This document shows positions 37,911 to 47,294 of a DNA stretch of 64,000 bases, piece after piece. The translations under genes were made by a program, and so were the position numbers. Origin of the DNA: Candidatus Wolframiiraptor gerlachensis (GTDB taxonomy: Archaea; Thermoproteota; Nitrososphaeria_A; Caldarchaeales; Wolframiiraptoraceae); the NCBI GenBank assembly GCA_021323375.2, contig JAJPCT020000016.1:64001-128000 (forward strand). The letters run 5' to 3'. Position 1 is the stretch's first letter. Every line of letters begins with the position of its first letter. Under the pieces are notes generated by a model. It searched no databases. It saw only the letters and a program-made list of their open reading frames with translations, and had not been told where the DNA came from.

Positions 37911-39728
37911 ATGGACTATTTTCCAGAAATGTTGCCGTTCTCGGTATATGTTGGAAAGCTTGAGAATGGATTCCGAGCTATAGTTGCTCGTCATTACTTC
38001 AGGAAATGGCTTCCATTATCGGTCATAATAGGCATAGCTGCAGGATTCTCAGCAATAGCCTTCCATGAAATGGTTAAGCATGCGACGGCCGCCCTATTGG
38101 TAGGAGTCGCGGGATATCATCCGCCAGCTCCCGTTGGAGAGGGAGAAACCTTATTTAAGTTTCCAGAAACACCTTATCTAATCCCGCTAATCACCTGTAT
38201 CGGAGGCCTGATCAGTGGTCTTCTAGTCCACTTGTTTGTTCCAGAAGCTGAGGGTGATGGATTTGATGCTGCAATCGACGCATTTCATAATAAGAGAGGC
38301 GAGGTTAGGGCGCGGGTTCCATTCATTAAGATGTTAGCGTCAGCAATTACGCTGGGCTCGGGTGGAAGCGCCGGGAGAGAGGGGCCTATTGCGCTTACCT
38401 CGGCTGGAGTCGCATCTATTGTTGGAAAAATCTTTAAGCTTAGTGAGAAGGACAGAAGGATAGCTGTTGTGGCGGGGATTGGGTCTGGTATAGGCGCGAT
38501 TTTTAAAGCACCTTTCGGAGGTGCAATCCTCGCAGCCGAGATCCTTTATCTACGCGATTTTGAAATCGAGGCTCTTGTGCCATCGTTTATAGCATCAGTA
38601 GTTGCCTATAGTATTTTCTCGATGGTCTATGGGTGGCAGCCGATCTTCGGGGGTGGAGGTCAATATATCTTCAAGGATCCCCTGAGCCTCGTATATTATG
38701 CCTTTCTAGGGGTTCTATGCGGGCTGCTAGGGATACTCTACGTAAAATCGTTCTATGGTGTGAAAAGTCTCTTCGATAGATGGAGGATCCCGAAAGTCTT
38801 CAAACCCGCGGTTGGCGGGCTTCTCCTTGGGATTATTGGGATCTGGGTTCCACATGTCCTCGGAACAGGCTATGGATGGCTTCAAAAAGTAATTTTAGGA
38901 GACTTCTCGGCTATGACGCTGAGTCTAATCATCGCAATAATATTCTTGAAGATAATTGCAACCGCCCTTACAGTAGGCTCAGGTGGAAGCGGGGGAGTAT
39001 TTGCTCCCGCTTTGGTGATAGGTGGAATGACCGGAGCTGCGACTTGGTTAATCTTCCACTCGCTAGGAGTAATTCCTGAAGCTTCTCCAGCGCCTTACGT
39101 TATCGTTGGAATGATGGCTTTCTTTGGCGGGGTTGGAAAAGTCCCGATAGCAGTTATCCTAATGGTTAGCGAGATGACTGGAACCTACAGCTTAATCGTT
39201 CCATCAATGCTCTCGACAGCGATAGCATACGTGATAACAGGAGATAACACAATTTACATTAGCCAAGTTCCGACGAGAGCTGACTCGCCCGCTCACATGA
39301 CCGAGTATTCAATTCCACTTTTCATGAAGATAAGGGTTAGAGACGCCATGACTAGGAGGGTCGTAACGGTCTCTCCCGAGGATCCTGTTATGAAGGCGGC
39401 GGAGCTTATGACGAAATATGAGATTAGAGGATTACCGGTCGTGAAGGATGGGATCCTAGAAGGGATAATAACTCTTTCAGATATCCTAAGGCTTCCAGCC
39501 GATAAGAGAGATTATGTGAAAGTTGGAGATGTGATGTCAAAAGATGTCATCGTGACCTATCCTAATGAATCCCTCTTAGAGGCATTTGAGAAAATGATTC
39601 ATTATCAGGTCGGCAGGCTTCCGGTAGTTGAGTCCCCGAAGTCTAGAAAGCTTATCGGGATAATCACGAGAGGCGATATTGGAAGAGTCTACGAGCTTAG
39701 AATGAGAGAGGTTGTGGCTGAGAGATAA
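37911..39728 (+). CDS. ClC-family chloride/proton antiporter with CBS pair
   Basis: GGSAGREGP, GGSGGVFAP, two C-terminal CBS domains. Confidence 0.93.
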   Translation: MDYFPEMLPFSVYVGKLENGFRAIVARHYFRKWLPLSVIIGIAAGFSAIAFHEMVKHATAALLVGVAGYHPPAPVGEGETLFKFPETPYLIPLITCIGGLISGLLVHLFVPEAEGDGFDAAIDAFHNKRGEVRARVPFIKMLASAITLGSGGSAGREGPIALTSAGVASIVGKIFKLSEKDRRIAVVAGIGSGIGAIFKAPFGGAILAAEILYLRDFEIEALVPSFIASVVAYSIFSMVYGWQPIFGGGGQYIFKDPLSLVYYAFLGVLCGLLGILYVKSFYGVKSLFDRWRIPKVFKPAVGGLLLGIIGIWVPHVLGTGYGWLQKVILGDFSAMTLSLIIAIIFLKIIATALTVGSGGSGGVFAPALVIGGMTGAATWLIFHSLGVIPEASPAPYVIVGMMAFFGGVGKVPIAVILMVSEMTGTYSLIVPSMLSTAIAYVITGDNTIYISQVPTRADSPAHMTEYSIPLFMKIRVRDAMTRRVVTVSPEDPVMKAAELMTKYEIRGLPVVKDGILEGIITLSDILRLPADKRDYVKVGDVMSKDVIVTYPNESLLEAFEKMIHYQVGRLPVVESPKSRKLIGIITRGDIGRVYELRMREVVAER

Positions 39729-39773
39729 TACCGTATCACCTATATATCATCGCTAGGTGTAAGTAATTGGAGA

Positions 39774-41078
39774 ATGAGCTTGAGAGATTTTCTCGAGGTC
39801 TTGGATAATGAAGGTCTTCTTGTCCATGTTAGGAGGCCTGTTTCAACGAGATATGAGGCTGCCGCGATAATGAAGAAGCTCGATCCGAAGCCTGTATTAT
39901 TCCATGAGGTGCGTGAGGCCCCGGACTTCAAGCTTCTCGGAAATCTCTGCGCCGATAGGAGGATCCTAGCAAGGGCTCTAGGAGTCTCGGAACAGAATCT
40001 GCTAAAGAGAATTGTTGAGGCGATGAAGCATCCTGGAAAGGGTGAGATCGTAGAGGATCCACCATGTCAGGAGGTCATGATAGATGACCCGGATCTTAGG
40101 AGGCTTCCCTTCCTCGTTTTCGGGGAGAGGGATGGCGGACCATACATGACTGCCGGGATAGTAATTGCCCGGGATCCAGAGCTGGGGCATAATGCGAGCT
40201 ATCATAGGCTCATGCTCTTGGATGAGAGGAGGGTTGCTGTGAGGATCCTGCCAAGGCACCTCGACGAGTTCATCAGGAGGGGTGTTAAGAGGGTTGCGAT
40301 AGCCGTGGGCAATCATCCAGCATTCATGCTGTCGGCAGCCGTTACTTGGAGGCTGGGCGTCAGCGAGCTCGATATAGCCGCCGCGCTCGCCCCGATAAGA
40401 TATGCCAAGGCCGTGACGAGCGATATCCTCGTCCCAGCCGACTGCGAGCTCGTCTTGGAGGGGAGGATAACGGATGAGAGGGCCGATGAGGGGCCATTCA
40501 TCGACATAACAGGGACATATGATATTGTGAGGAAGGAGAGGGTTATCGAGATTGATTGCATCACCATGCGGAGGAGCCCGATATTCCAGCAGATACTCCC
40601 AGCTGGCAGCGAGCATAGGAACTTGATGGGGATGCCGAGGGAGGCGGCGATATACGCTGAGGCATCAAAGGTCTGCGATGTTGTTGATGTGAGGCTTACG
40701 CCGGGCGGCTGCAACTGGCTCCACTGCGCGATAAGCATTAGGAAGAGGAGCGATGATGATCCGAAAAGGGTTATCGAGGCCGCGCTAAGAGCCCATCAAA
40801 GCCTCAAGCACGTCATAGTTGTTGATGATGATATAGATCTCTCGAACCCATATGACTTGGAGTGGGCGATAGCGACGAGGGTCCAGCTGGATAGGGATCT
40901 TGTGCTTAGGCCGAATGAGCTTGGATCATCCCTCGACCCGTCAGCCGATCAGGTTACTAGGAGGACTTGTAAGGCTGGCTTGGATGCTACGATCCCGCTC
41001 ACAGCCGATAGGAGTAAGTTCATTAGGGCCAAGATACCGGGTGAGGATGAGGTTAGGATAGAGGATTACGTGAAGTGA
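39774..41078 (+). CDS. UbiD-family decarboxylase (likely anhydromevalonate phosphate decarboxylase)
   Basis: DGGPY, EGPF.D.TG.YD, VVDDDID...WAIATR, SSLDPS; operon with the AcnX pair. Confidence 0.85.
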   Translation: MSLRDFLEVLDNEGLLVHVRRPVSTRYEAAAIMKKLDPKPVLFHEVREAPDFKLLGNLCADRRILARALGVSEQNLLKRIVEAMKHPGKGEIVEDPPCQEVMIDDPDLRRLPFLVFGERDGGPYMTAGIVIARDPELGHNASYHRLMLLDERRVAVRILPRHLDEFIRRGVKRVAIAVGNHPAFMLSAAVTWRLGVSELDIAAALAPIRYAKAVTSDILVPADCELVLEGRITDERADEGPFIDITGTYDIVRKERVIEIDCITMRRSPIFQQILPAGSEHRNLMGMPREAAIYAEASKVCDVVDVRLTPGGCNWLHCAISIRKRSDDDPKRVIEAALRAHQSLKHVIVVDDDIDLSNPYDLEWAIATRVQLDRDLVLRPNELGSSLDPSADQVTRRTCKAGLDATIPLTADRSKFIRAKIPGEDEVRIEDYVK

Positions 41079-41084
41079 GCCCGG

Positions 41085-42272
41085 ATGTATCTGACGAGCC
41101 TTGAGGAGAGGATGCTCGCGGGCGAGTATGGCTATGCGGCCCAGAAGGCCATGGAGATACTCGTTGCTCTGGGGAAGATCTATGACGCGGAGAGGATGAT
41201 AGAGATAAGGAGCGCGCAGATCTCCGGCGTCTCCTACAGCAATCTCGGAGAGGAGGGGCTCGAGTTCCTCCTCAAGCTCGCTGAGGATGGGCGCGTCAGG
41301 GTTCCTACGACCCTGAACCCCTGCGGGATGGACTTGGAGGAGTGGCGTGAGATGAGCGTCCCCGAGGATTTCGCGGAGAAGCAGCTGAGGGTTATCGAGG
41401 CCTATCAGAGGCTCGGCGTCGAGCCCACGCTCACCTGCACACCCTATCTAGCTGGCAACATGCCGGGGTTTGGGGATCATGTCGCGTGGAGTGAGAGCTC
41501 AGCCGTGATCTACGTCAACTCGGTCATTGGTGCGAGGACTAATCGTGAGGGCGGGCCGAGCGCCCTAGCAGCCGCAATTGCCGGCAGGACGCCGCTATAT
41601 GGCCTCCACCTAGATGAGGCTAGGAGGCCAACAATAATTGTGAGGGCGCCGAGGATAAGCGGAGAGCTTGACGCCTCAGCCCTCGGCTACCATGTCGGCA
41701 GGATAATCATGAGCGGCGTGCCGCTATTTACTGGTCTTGGAGCGGTCTCACGGGATCAGCTAAAGGCCCTCGGAGCAGGCCTCGCATCATCGGGTGGAAT
41801 AGCGCTCTTCCATGTCGAGGGCATCACGCCGGAGGCGCACATGTATTCTAGAGAACATGTTGAGGACGTGATCGAGGTAACGGAGAGCGATCTGCGGGAT
41901 GAGGTTGAGATGCTTGACGAGGGATTTGATGACCCCGACCTGATATTCATCGGCTGCCCACACGCATCCATCGAGGAGTTGACGGAGGTATACCTACTTC
42001 TCGGTGGCAGGAGGGTCTCGAGGAGATTCTGGATCTTCGCCTCCAAGACTGTAAGGGCTCAGGCCGAGAGGATAGGGCTGCTGGCGAAGCTCGAGGCGCT
42101 CGGCGTCAGAGTCTACTGCGATACATGCCCGATCGTGGCGCCGCTTAAGAGGCTAGGATTCAAGAATGTGCTCACAAATTCCATGAAGGCAGCATACTAT
42201 TTGAGAAATCTTCATGATGTTAGGGTTCGGCTTAAGCCTCTTCAAGGGCTCGTGGAGGATGCTGTGAGATGA
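41085..42272 (+). CDS. Aconitase X large subunit (likely phosphomevalonate dehydratase)
   Basis: TCTPY, AWSESSA, GARTNREG, IGCPH, DTC. Confidence 0.88.
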   Translation: MYLTSLEERMLAGEYGYAAQKAMEILVALGKIYDAERMIEIRSAQISGVSYSNLGEEGLEFLLKLAEDGRVRVPTTLNPCGMDLEEWREMSVPEDFAEKQLRVIEAYQRLGVEPTLTCTPYLAGNMPGFGDHVAWSESSAVIYVNSVIGARTNREGGPSALAAAIAGRTPLYGLHLDEARRPTIIVRAPRISGELDASALGYHVGRIIMSGVPLFTGLGAVSRDQLKALGAGLASSGGIALFHVEGITPEAHMYSREHVEDVIEVTESDLRDEVEMLDEGFDDPDLIFIGCPHASIEELTEVYLLLGGRRVSRRFWIFASKTVRAQAERIGLLAKLEALGVRVYCDTCPIVAPLKRLGFKNVLTNSMKAAYYLRNLHDVRVRLKPLQGLVEDAVR

Positions 42273-42676
42273 AACTTCTCTTAGAGGGTAGGGTGATATG
42301 GGAGGGGCATGTTGAGGGAGAGGCGCTCGCAACGCGGCAGCCAATAAGCTTCTACGGTGGAGTTGATCCGGAGACTGGGAGGATAATCGAGAAGGGGCAT
42401 GAGCTCGAGGGAGTATCAATCAGCGACAAGATACTCGTATTCCCATATGGTAAGGGCTCGACCGTCGGCTCATATATTCTTCTCAGGTTGAAGAAGCGCG
42501 GCCTAGCGCCAAGAGCGATAATAAACCAGAAGTGTGAGCCCATAATAGCTGTCGGGGTGATAATAGCGGAAATACCATGTGTTGACTTGATAGATGTTGG
42601 CAGGATTTCGACGGGGGATATTTTGAGGATTGATGGGCCGAGGGTTGAGATCTGGAAGAGGATGCCCAAGCCCTAA
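42269..42676 (+). CDS. Aconitase X small subunit (DUF126)
   Basis: ISFYGGVDP.TG, GKGSTVGSY. Confidence 0.9.
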   Translation: MKLLLEGRVIWEGHVEGEALATRQPISFYGGVDPETGRIIEKGHELEGVSISDKILVFPYGKGSTVGSYILLRLKKRGLAPRAIINQKCEPIIAVGVIIAEIPCVDLIDVGRISTGDILRIDGPRVEIWKRMPKP

Positions 42677-43143
42677 AGCTCGATGAACCCCTCCCAGAGC
42701 TTCTCAGCCGGCATATCCTCATACTCGACCCCATAGAGCTCGATCTTATATCGCCCCGGCTCAAGATCAGCTATCTTGATTGTGATCTCGTATTCGCAGA
42801 TACATCTGCACATCTCGCCGATATTCTTCTCAACGATCTTAAGCAGTATATGGTCTCCGCGATGCTCCACGGGCTCGAGGCTAATCACTATATCGGCGCA
42901 GCAGACATAACTTAGATGATGGATCAGGTTTATCGAGGAGGGACCTGTTGTGAGCTCAATCCTGCTTGTTGAGCCGTATCCGCGCGTAAGGCCATCATAG
43001 CTCATGCTGGAGCAGCCGCCCACACTATATGTCAGGGCGGGCTTCCCGGCCGGGGGTTTCCCAGTAGGGTAGAATGCCATGAAGAGTCCCGCGGTAAAGG
43101 CGATCACGAGGACGATAATAGCGATGTAGGTCAGCTTTCCCAC
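42673..43143 (-). CDS. Membrane-anchored/exported Cys-containing protein
   Basis: N-terminal TM; VCCA...CRCICEY motif. Confidence 0.7.
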   Translation of the reverse strand: MGKLTYIAIIVLVIAFTAGLFMAFYPTGKPPAGKPALTYSVGGCSSMSYDGLTRGYGSTSRIELTTGPSSINLIHHLSYVCCADIVISLEPVEHRGDHILLKIVEKNIGEMCRCICEYEITIKIADLEPGRYKIELYGVEYEDMPAEKLWEGFIEL

Positions 43144-43264
43144 TTCAGCACCTCGCCAATTATCATGAATTACGGTTAATCAGGCTTTCGGCCAAGGGGC
43201 GTTATGGCTAAATTCAGCCTCGCGGCGCAACATCTGGAGATATTTCATCCCACTCTTAGGGGGT

Positions 43265-43516
43265 GTGCTTATGAGCCTGCCGATCCCAGTGGTTAGGAGG
43301 AAGCTTAGGGATGGCAGGATTATCGAGAGGGAGGGTAGGGGCTTTAGCTTGAATGAGCTCAGGGAGGCGGGCATAACAATTGATCAGGCGAAGAGGCTTG
43401 GGATCTACATCGATAAGAGGCGGAGGAGTTGTAGGAAGGAGAATGTCGAGGCGTTAAAGATACTTTTGAGAGCTTTGAGTGAGGCTGTGGGGACGGGCTC
43501 CGGGAAGAGCTCGTGA
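43265..43516 (+). CDS. rpl13e: 50S ribosomal protein L13e
   Basis: REGRGFSLNELREAGI...A..LGI.IDKRRRS...NVEAL. Confidence 0.92.
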   Translation: MLMSLPIPVVRRKLRDGRIIEREGRGFSLNELREAGITIDQAKRLGIYIDKRRRSCRKENVEALKILLRALSEAVGTGSGKSS

Positions 43517-43521
43517 ACAGG

Positions 43522-44115
43522 TTAGAGTTCCTCTGCCTTCGACTCCAGCACTTTGAAGAGATCTGCTTTCGTCACAATGCCGGTTATCCTGCCATCCTTC
43601 TGGAGGAGTATCGCTGGATACTCTTGGAGGAGCTGCCTGACGATATTTAGTGATGCCTCTTCGGGTATTATCGGGAAGACCTCATCCATAACCTCGCTTA
43701 CAGGCATATCCGTGGACTTCACCTTCTCGAGCTTTCTCATGATTGTTGACTCTGAGATGCTTCCAACCGGGTTTCCATTCCTGAGAACCGGTAGCTGCGA
43801 TATCCCATACATTCTCATCAGGCTTATCGCCTTGCTTAGTGGATCGGATGCCTCAACGCAGATGACATCCCTAGTGCAGATGTCTCTGGCCAAGAGCTTT
43901 GCACCCCTTTCAGCCCTAGCCATCTCAAGGGCCTGTAGGATGCGCCTAACAGCCTCATAGGAGGGGTTGATCCGGCCACGTTCTATCTTCGAGATCAGGG
44001 ACTGGCTTAGCCCCGACATCTTCGCAAGCTCCCTCTGTGTAAGGCCCAGCCTCTTTCTAAGCTTCGCGAGGGACTCAAGATCCCAGAGGTTTTCCAAGAA
44101 GATTATGGCACCCAT
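43522..44115 (-). CDS. XRE-HTH + CBS-domain transcriptional regulator
   Basis: LGLTQRELA..SGLSQSLISKIERG followed by a CBS pair. Confidence 0.9.
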   Translation of the reverse strand: MGAIIFLENLWDLESLAKLRKRLGLTQRELAKMSGLSQSLISKIERGRINPSYEAVRRILQALEMARAERGAKLLARDICTRDVICVEASDPLSKAISLMRMYGISQLPVLRNGNPVGSISESTIMRKLEKVKSTDMPVSEVMDEVFPIIPEEASLNIVRQLLQEYPAILLQKDGRITGIVTKADLFKVLESKAEEL

Positions 44116-44142
44116 GATTCCTATAGGAATATCTGATTATAA

Positions 44143-45348
44143 ATGTTTATGAGCAACAGATTACGGGCAGAGGTGATGCGGAAGCCGTCCACCGAGGCTA
44201 TTCACGGGCATGGCTATCGGGATCGGGAGAGGGGGGTATTTAAGGTCCCCATCTACCAGACAGCCATCTACGAATATCCCGACTCAATTACTGGAACACC
44301 TAGGCTTAGTGATCGGGGCCTGGATCTCAAGTATAGTAGGGAGGAGAATTACACGGTTAGGTCTCTTGAGAGAATTCTGGCTAGGCTTGAGAGAGGTGTT
44401 GACTGTCTCGCCTTCGGGAGCGGGATGGCCGCGATAGCCGCCGCATATCTCTCGAGGCTCAGCGCCGGGTCAAAGCTCCTAGTCCCCCTAGAGTGCTATG
44501 GGACCACTCAGGAGCTTGCTCAAAACCTCTCGAAGTTCGGCATCACATGTGTTCTCGCTAGATCGGATACAGGCGAGTTTCTTGAGAGGCTTGAGGATGG
44601 CATTTCGCTCGCCCTCGTCGAGACCATCACGAACCCGATGATCAGGGTTATTGATGTTAGGGAGATTGCGAGGAGATGTAGGGAGCTGGGGATACCTCTT
44701 ATCGTCGATAACACGTTCTCCACGCCAATACTCTATAACCCTCTCGAGGATGGTGCTTGGATAACGATCCACAGCTTGACGAAGTATATTGCCGGGCATA
44801 ATGATGTGGTGGGTGGCGCGATAATAGTTGGGAGTGAGGAGGATGCGAAGACCTTCTGGAACTGGAGGAGGAAGCTTGGATCGATCATGAGCCCGTTCGA
44901 CGCCTTTCTCACGATCCGGGGCGTGGCAACCCTCGAGGCGAGATTTGAGAAGCAGTCAAGGAGCGCCATGGAGATAGCCGAGTTCTTGGAGGATCACCCG
45001 AAGGTCTTGGAGGTTTATTATCCTGGGCTCTCAAGCAACCCGTACAAGGGCGTTGCTGATAGGCTCTTCAAGCGTCGGCTCTATGGCGGTGTCCTAAGCT
45101 TTAAGGTTAAGGGAGGCCAGAGAGAGGCCATAGAAGTTCTCAAGAGCACGGAGATTATCAAACCGACGCCGAGCCTAGGCGGTGTCGAGAGCCTCTTAAC
45201 ATACCCAATATGGACTGCCGCTAAGAACATGAGTAAGGAGCAGTTGGAAATACTCGGGATAGGCGAGAACCTCCTCAGACTATCAGTCGGCCTCGAGGAC
45301 ATAGAGGACCTGAAAGAAGACCTGGATAGAGCTCTCTCTAGAATCTAG
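44143..45348 (+). CDS. Cys/Met-metabolism PLP enzyme (cystathionine gamma-synthase/lyase family)
   Basis: FGSGMAAI, ETITNP, VDNTF, HSLTKYIAGH.D, SLGGVESL, LRLSVGLED. Confidence 0.92.
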   Translation: MFMSNRLRAEVMRKPSTEAIHGHGYRDRERGVFKVPIYQTAIYEYPDSITGTPRLSDRGLDLKYSREENYTVRSLERILARLERGVDCLAFGSGMAAIAAAYLSRLSAGSKLLVPLECYGTTQELAQNLSKFGITCVLARSDTGEFLERLEDGISLALVETITNPMIRVIDVREIARRCRELGIPLIVDNTFSTPILYNPLEDGAWITIHSLTKYIAGHNDVVGGAIIVGSEEDAKTFWNWRRKLGSIMSPFDAFLTIRGVATLEARFEKQSRSAMEIAEFLEDHPKVLEVYYPGLSSNPYKGVADRLFKRRLYGGVLSFKVKGGQREAIEVLKSTEIIKPTPSLGGVESLLTYPIWTAAKNMSKEQLEILGIGENLLRLSVGLEDIEDLKEDLDRALSRI

Positions 45349-45449
45349 GCTTCATGGAGCTATACCCGCATGAGACCCCGGGTATGATCCCCGCCTACAA
45401 CCGGACCTGAGGTTAAAACCTGATCTGGAGCATATTTGAGCGGCGGGGG

Positions 45450-45473
45450 ATGGAAGCCGTCCTGAGACATTAT
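45450..45473 (+). pseudogene. Orphaned original 5' end (MEAVLRHY) of the gene now at 53322
   Basis: ATG GAA GCC GTC CTG AGA CAT TAT joins CAT TAT CTG AGA GAG at 53343 in frame; TTAAAA box at 45413. Confidence 0.75.
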
Positions 45474-45658
45474 ATACCTTACTGCAAACCTAACACTCAT
45501 TTCAACAATCCTTCCTTTACCCATTTAGCTTTTCTTGCGAGACCATTTAAAGCAATGGCCTCATATAGTTCAATATTCCCTCGATAACCCTTTCAACACC
45601 ATACTTCTCTAATTCACTCCACCGAATGACTATCCAAGTGACTATCCAAGCTTACATT

Positions 45659-45715
45659 CTAGAATCCTCAGGACATCTATGCTCATTAAGCCCATCCCCA
45701 GAATCGTTTTCTACA
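45659..45715. repeat. Imperfect direct repeat of 52354-52409 (3' end of the element Zn-protein gene)
   Basis: CTAGAATCCTCAGGACATYTATGCTC...CCCCAGAATCGTTTT shared; minus strand reads CRKRFWG. Confidence 0.85.
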
Positions 45716-45794
45716 TCCTTCGCTTATTAGCATATAATTTAATTTCTCTCTATAAGAAGCTAATTCCAAGTAAGGCCCTCGCCGAGCCGGCTTT

Positions 45795-46049
45795 TCACAC
45801 TTCGACATTAAACTCTATGGGCTCGCCGGTCTCCGGGCTAAGCCTCATCGCGACTTTGACGAGCCTCCTCCGCCCATCCCTGATCCGCAGATCTAGCCTG
45901 ACATTCCATAGGCCGCCATGGGTGCTCGGCTCGAGCGCTATCGAGTCCACCCAATATTTCTCGATCTTGGCTCCAAGCCTCTTCTCGGCCTCGCTTAGCG
46001 CCAGCCTTTCTGCCTCCTCCCAAGAGGATATCCTCATACCCGCCCACAT
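45795..46049 (-). CDS. Hypothetical protein
   Basis: 84 aa, follows the permease in the same direction. Confidence 0.6.
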   Translation of the reverse strand: MWAGMRISSWEEAERLALSEAEKRLGAKIEKYWVDSIALEPSTHGGLWNVRLDLRIRDGRRRLVKVAMRLSPETGEPIEFNVEV

Positions 46050-46067
46050 CCTCTTTTCTTGGATGGA

Positions 46068-47294
46068 CTACTCGGATCTTAAAGCTTGAACCGGGTCCAT
46101 CCTAGCTGCTTTCACCGCGGGGTATAGCCCCGAGAAAACCCCGACGAGGATGGCGAAGAAGAAGCTCTCTATGATGAGCTCCGGCGTGATCACAGGCGTG
46201 TATGAGATTTGGAGCGCTTGGCCTATAGGCGTGCTGGCCTCCCTCACTTGGAACATTCTCGCGAAGACGTCTCCTAGGAGGAGCGATGCCGAGATCCCCA
46301 GCACTATTCCGAGGATCCCTCCTATAGCCCCTATTAGGGCTGCTTCTGCTAGGAAGATTGCTGCTACGTGCTTCTGTGTGAAGCCGAGGGCCCTTAGCAC
46401 ACCGATCTCCCTAGTTCTCTCCATCACGGACATTATCATCGTGTTCATTATTCCTATGCCGGCGACAATAAGCGAGACGCTCGCAACAATAAGCATGAAG
46501 ATCGAGAAGTTGGAGATTATCGCCCTAACATTCCTGACTATCGTGAGGGGGCTTATTATCTCTATATCGCGGCCGTAAATATCCCTGAGCATCTTTATCA
46601 GGGGCTCGACGGCATCCGGGGAGCTCGCGACTATCACTATCGCTGGATAATATCTCGAGCCGAACATGTTCCTCGCCGCTTCCACCGTCGCGAGGATGCT
46701 ATTATCAACGTCTAGGTAGGGCGTTGAGCCGAACTCGTTGTAAATCGCGCCCACCATGAATGTTTTGGTCTTGACTGATTGGCTGCCCTGGAAGAGTATG
46801 GAGACGGATGAGTAGAGCCTTATGCTCTTGCTCGGGTCTTCAGGAGGGTATGCGACCTTATAGCCTAGGGCCACGACCGCGACATCAGCCGGCTGGAGCG
46901 GCTCGCCCTCAAGCAGCTCCAAGTCCGGAAGTATGAGCTTGATCATCCTAGGATCTGTTGCGAGGAAGTTAACCTGTCTCTCAATCGAGCCCGACTTCAG
47001 CATCACCCTCGTGAAGTAGAATGGCGCTGTGGCCCTTACTCCAGGGAGCCTCGAGAGCATGATCACATCTGTGTCCGTGAACTTTACCGAGCCCTCGACT
47101 GGTATTATCCAGATGTTATTGCTGCCGATCCTCGACAAGACCTCATTGAGGAAGTTGTCGAATCCACTGGTATTCGATATAAGTGTTATAATCGCTAGTA
47201 TGCCTATCATTATCCCGAGTATTGTGAGGGCGCTCCGCGTCTTCCTATCCTTGAGCCCCTTGAACGCGTACCATAGGATGTCACCCGGCCTCAA
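46068..47294 (-). CDS. MacB/FtsX-type ABC permease
   Basis: RSALTILGIMIG, GIMNTMIMSVMERTREIGVLRALG, GLYPA.KAARMDPVQALR. Confidence 0.93.
   Translation of the reverse strand: MRPGDILWYAFKGLKDRKTRSALTILGIMIGILAIITLISNTSGFDNFLNEVLSRIGSNNIWIIPVEGSVKFTDTDVIMLSRLPGVRATAPFYFTRVMLKSGSIERQVNFLATDPRMIKLILPDLELLEGEPLQPADVAVVALGYKVAYPPEDPSKSIRLYSSVSILFQGSQSVKTKTFMVGAIYNEFGSTPYLDVDNSILATVEAARNMFGSRYYPAIVIVASSPDAVEPLIKMLRDIYGRDIEIISPLTIVRNVRAIISNFSIFMLIVASVSLIVAGIGIMNTMIMSVMERTREIGVLRALGFTQKHVAAIFLAEAALIGAIGGILGIVLGISASLLLGDVFARMFQVREASTPIGQALQISYTPVITPELIIESFFFAILVGVFSGLYPAVKAARMDPVQALRSE

Noticed and set aside
39774-42676. UbiD-AcnX operon as a novel pathway
   Set aside because: Matches the established Aeropyrum-type archaeal mevalonate pathway.
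45627-45650. 12-bp tandem duplication TGACTATCCAAG x2
   Set aside because: Two units in a decaying region; likely replication slippage.
45679-46089. 136-aa plus-strand ORF
   Set aside because: Antisense shadow of 45795-46049 and an element remnant; no protein-like features.
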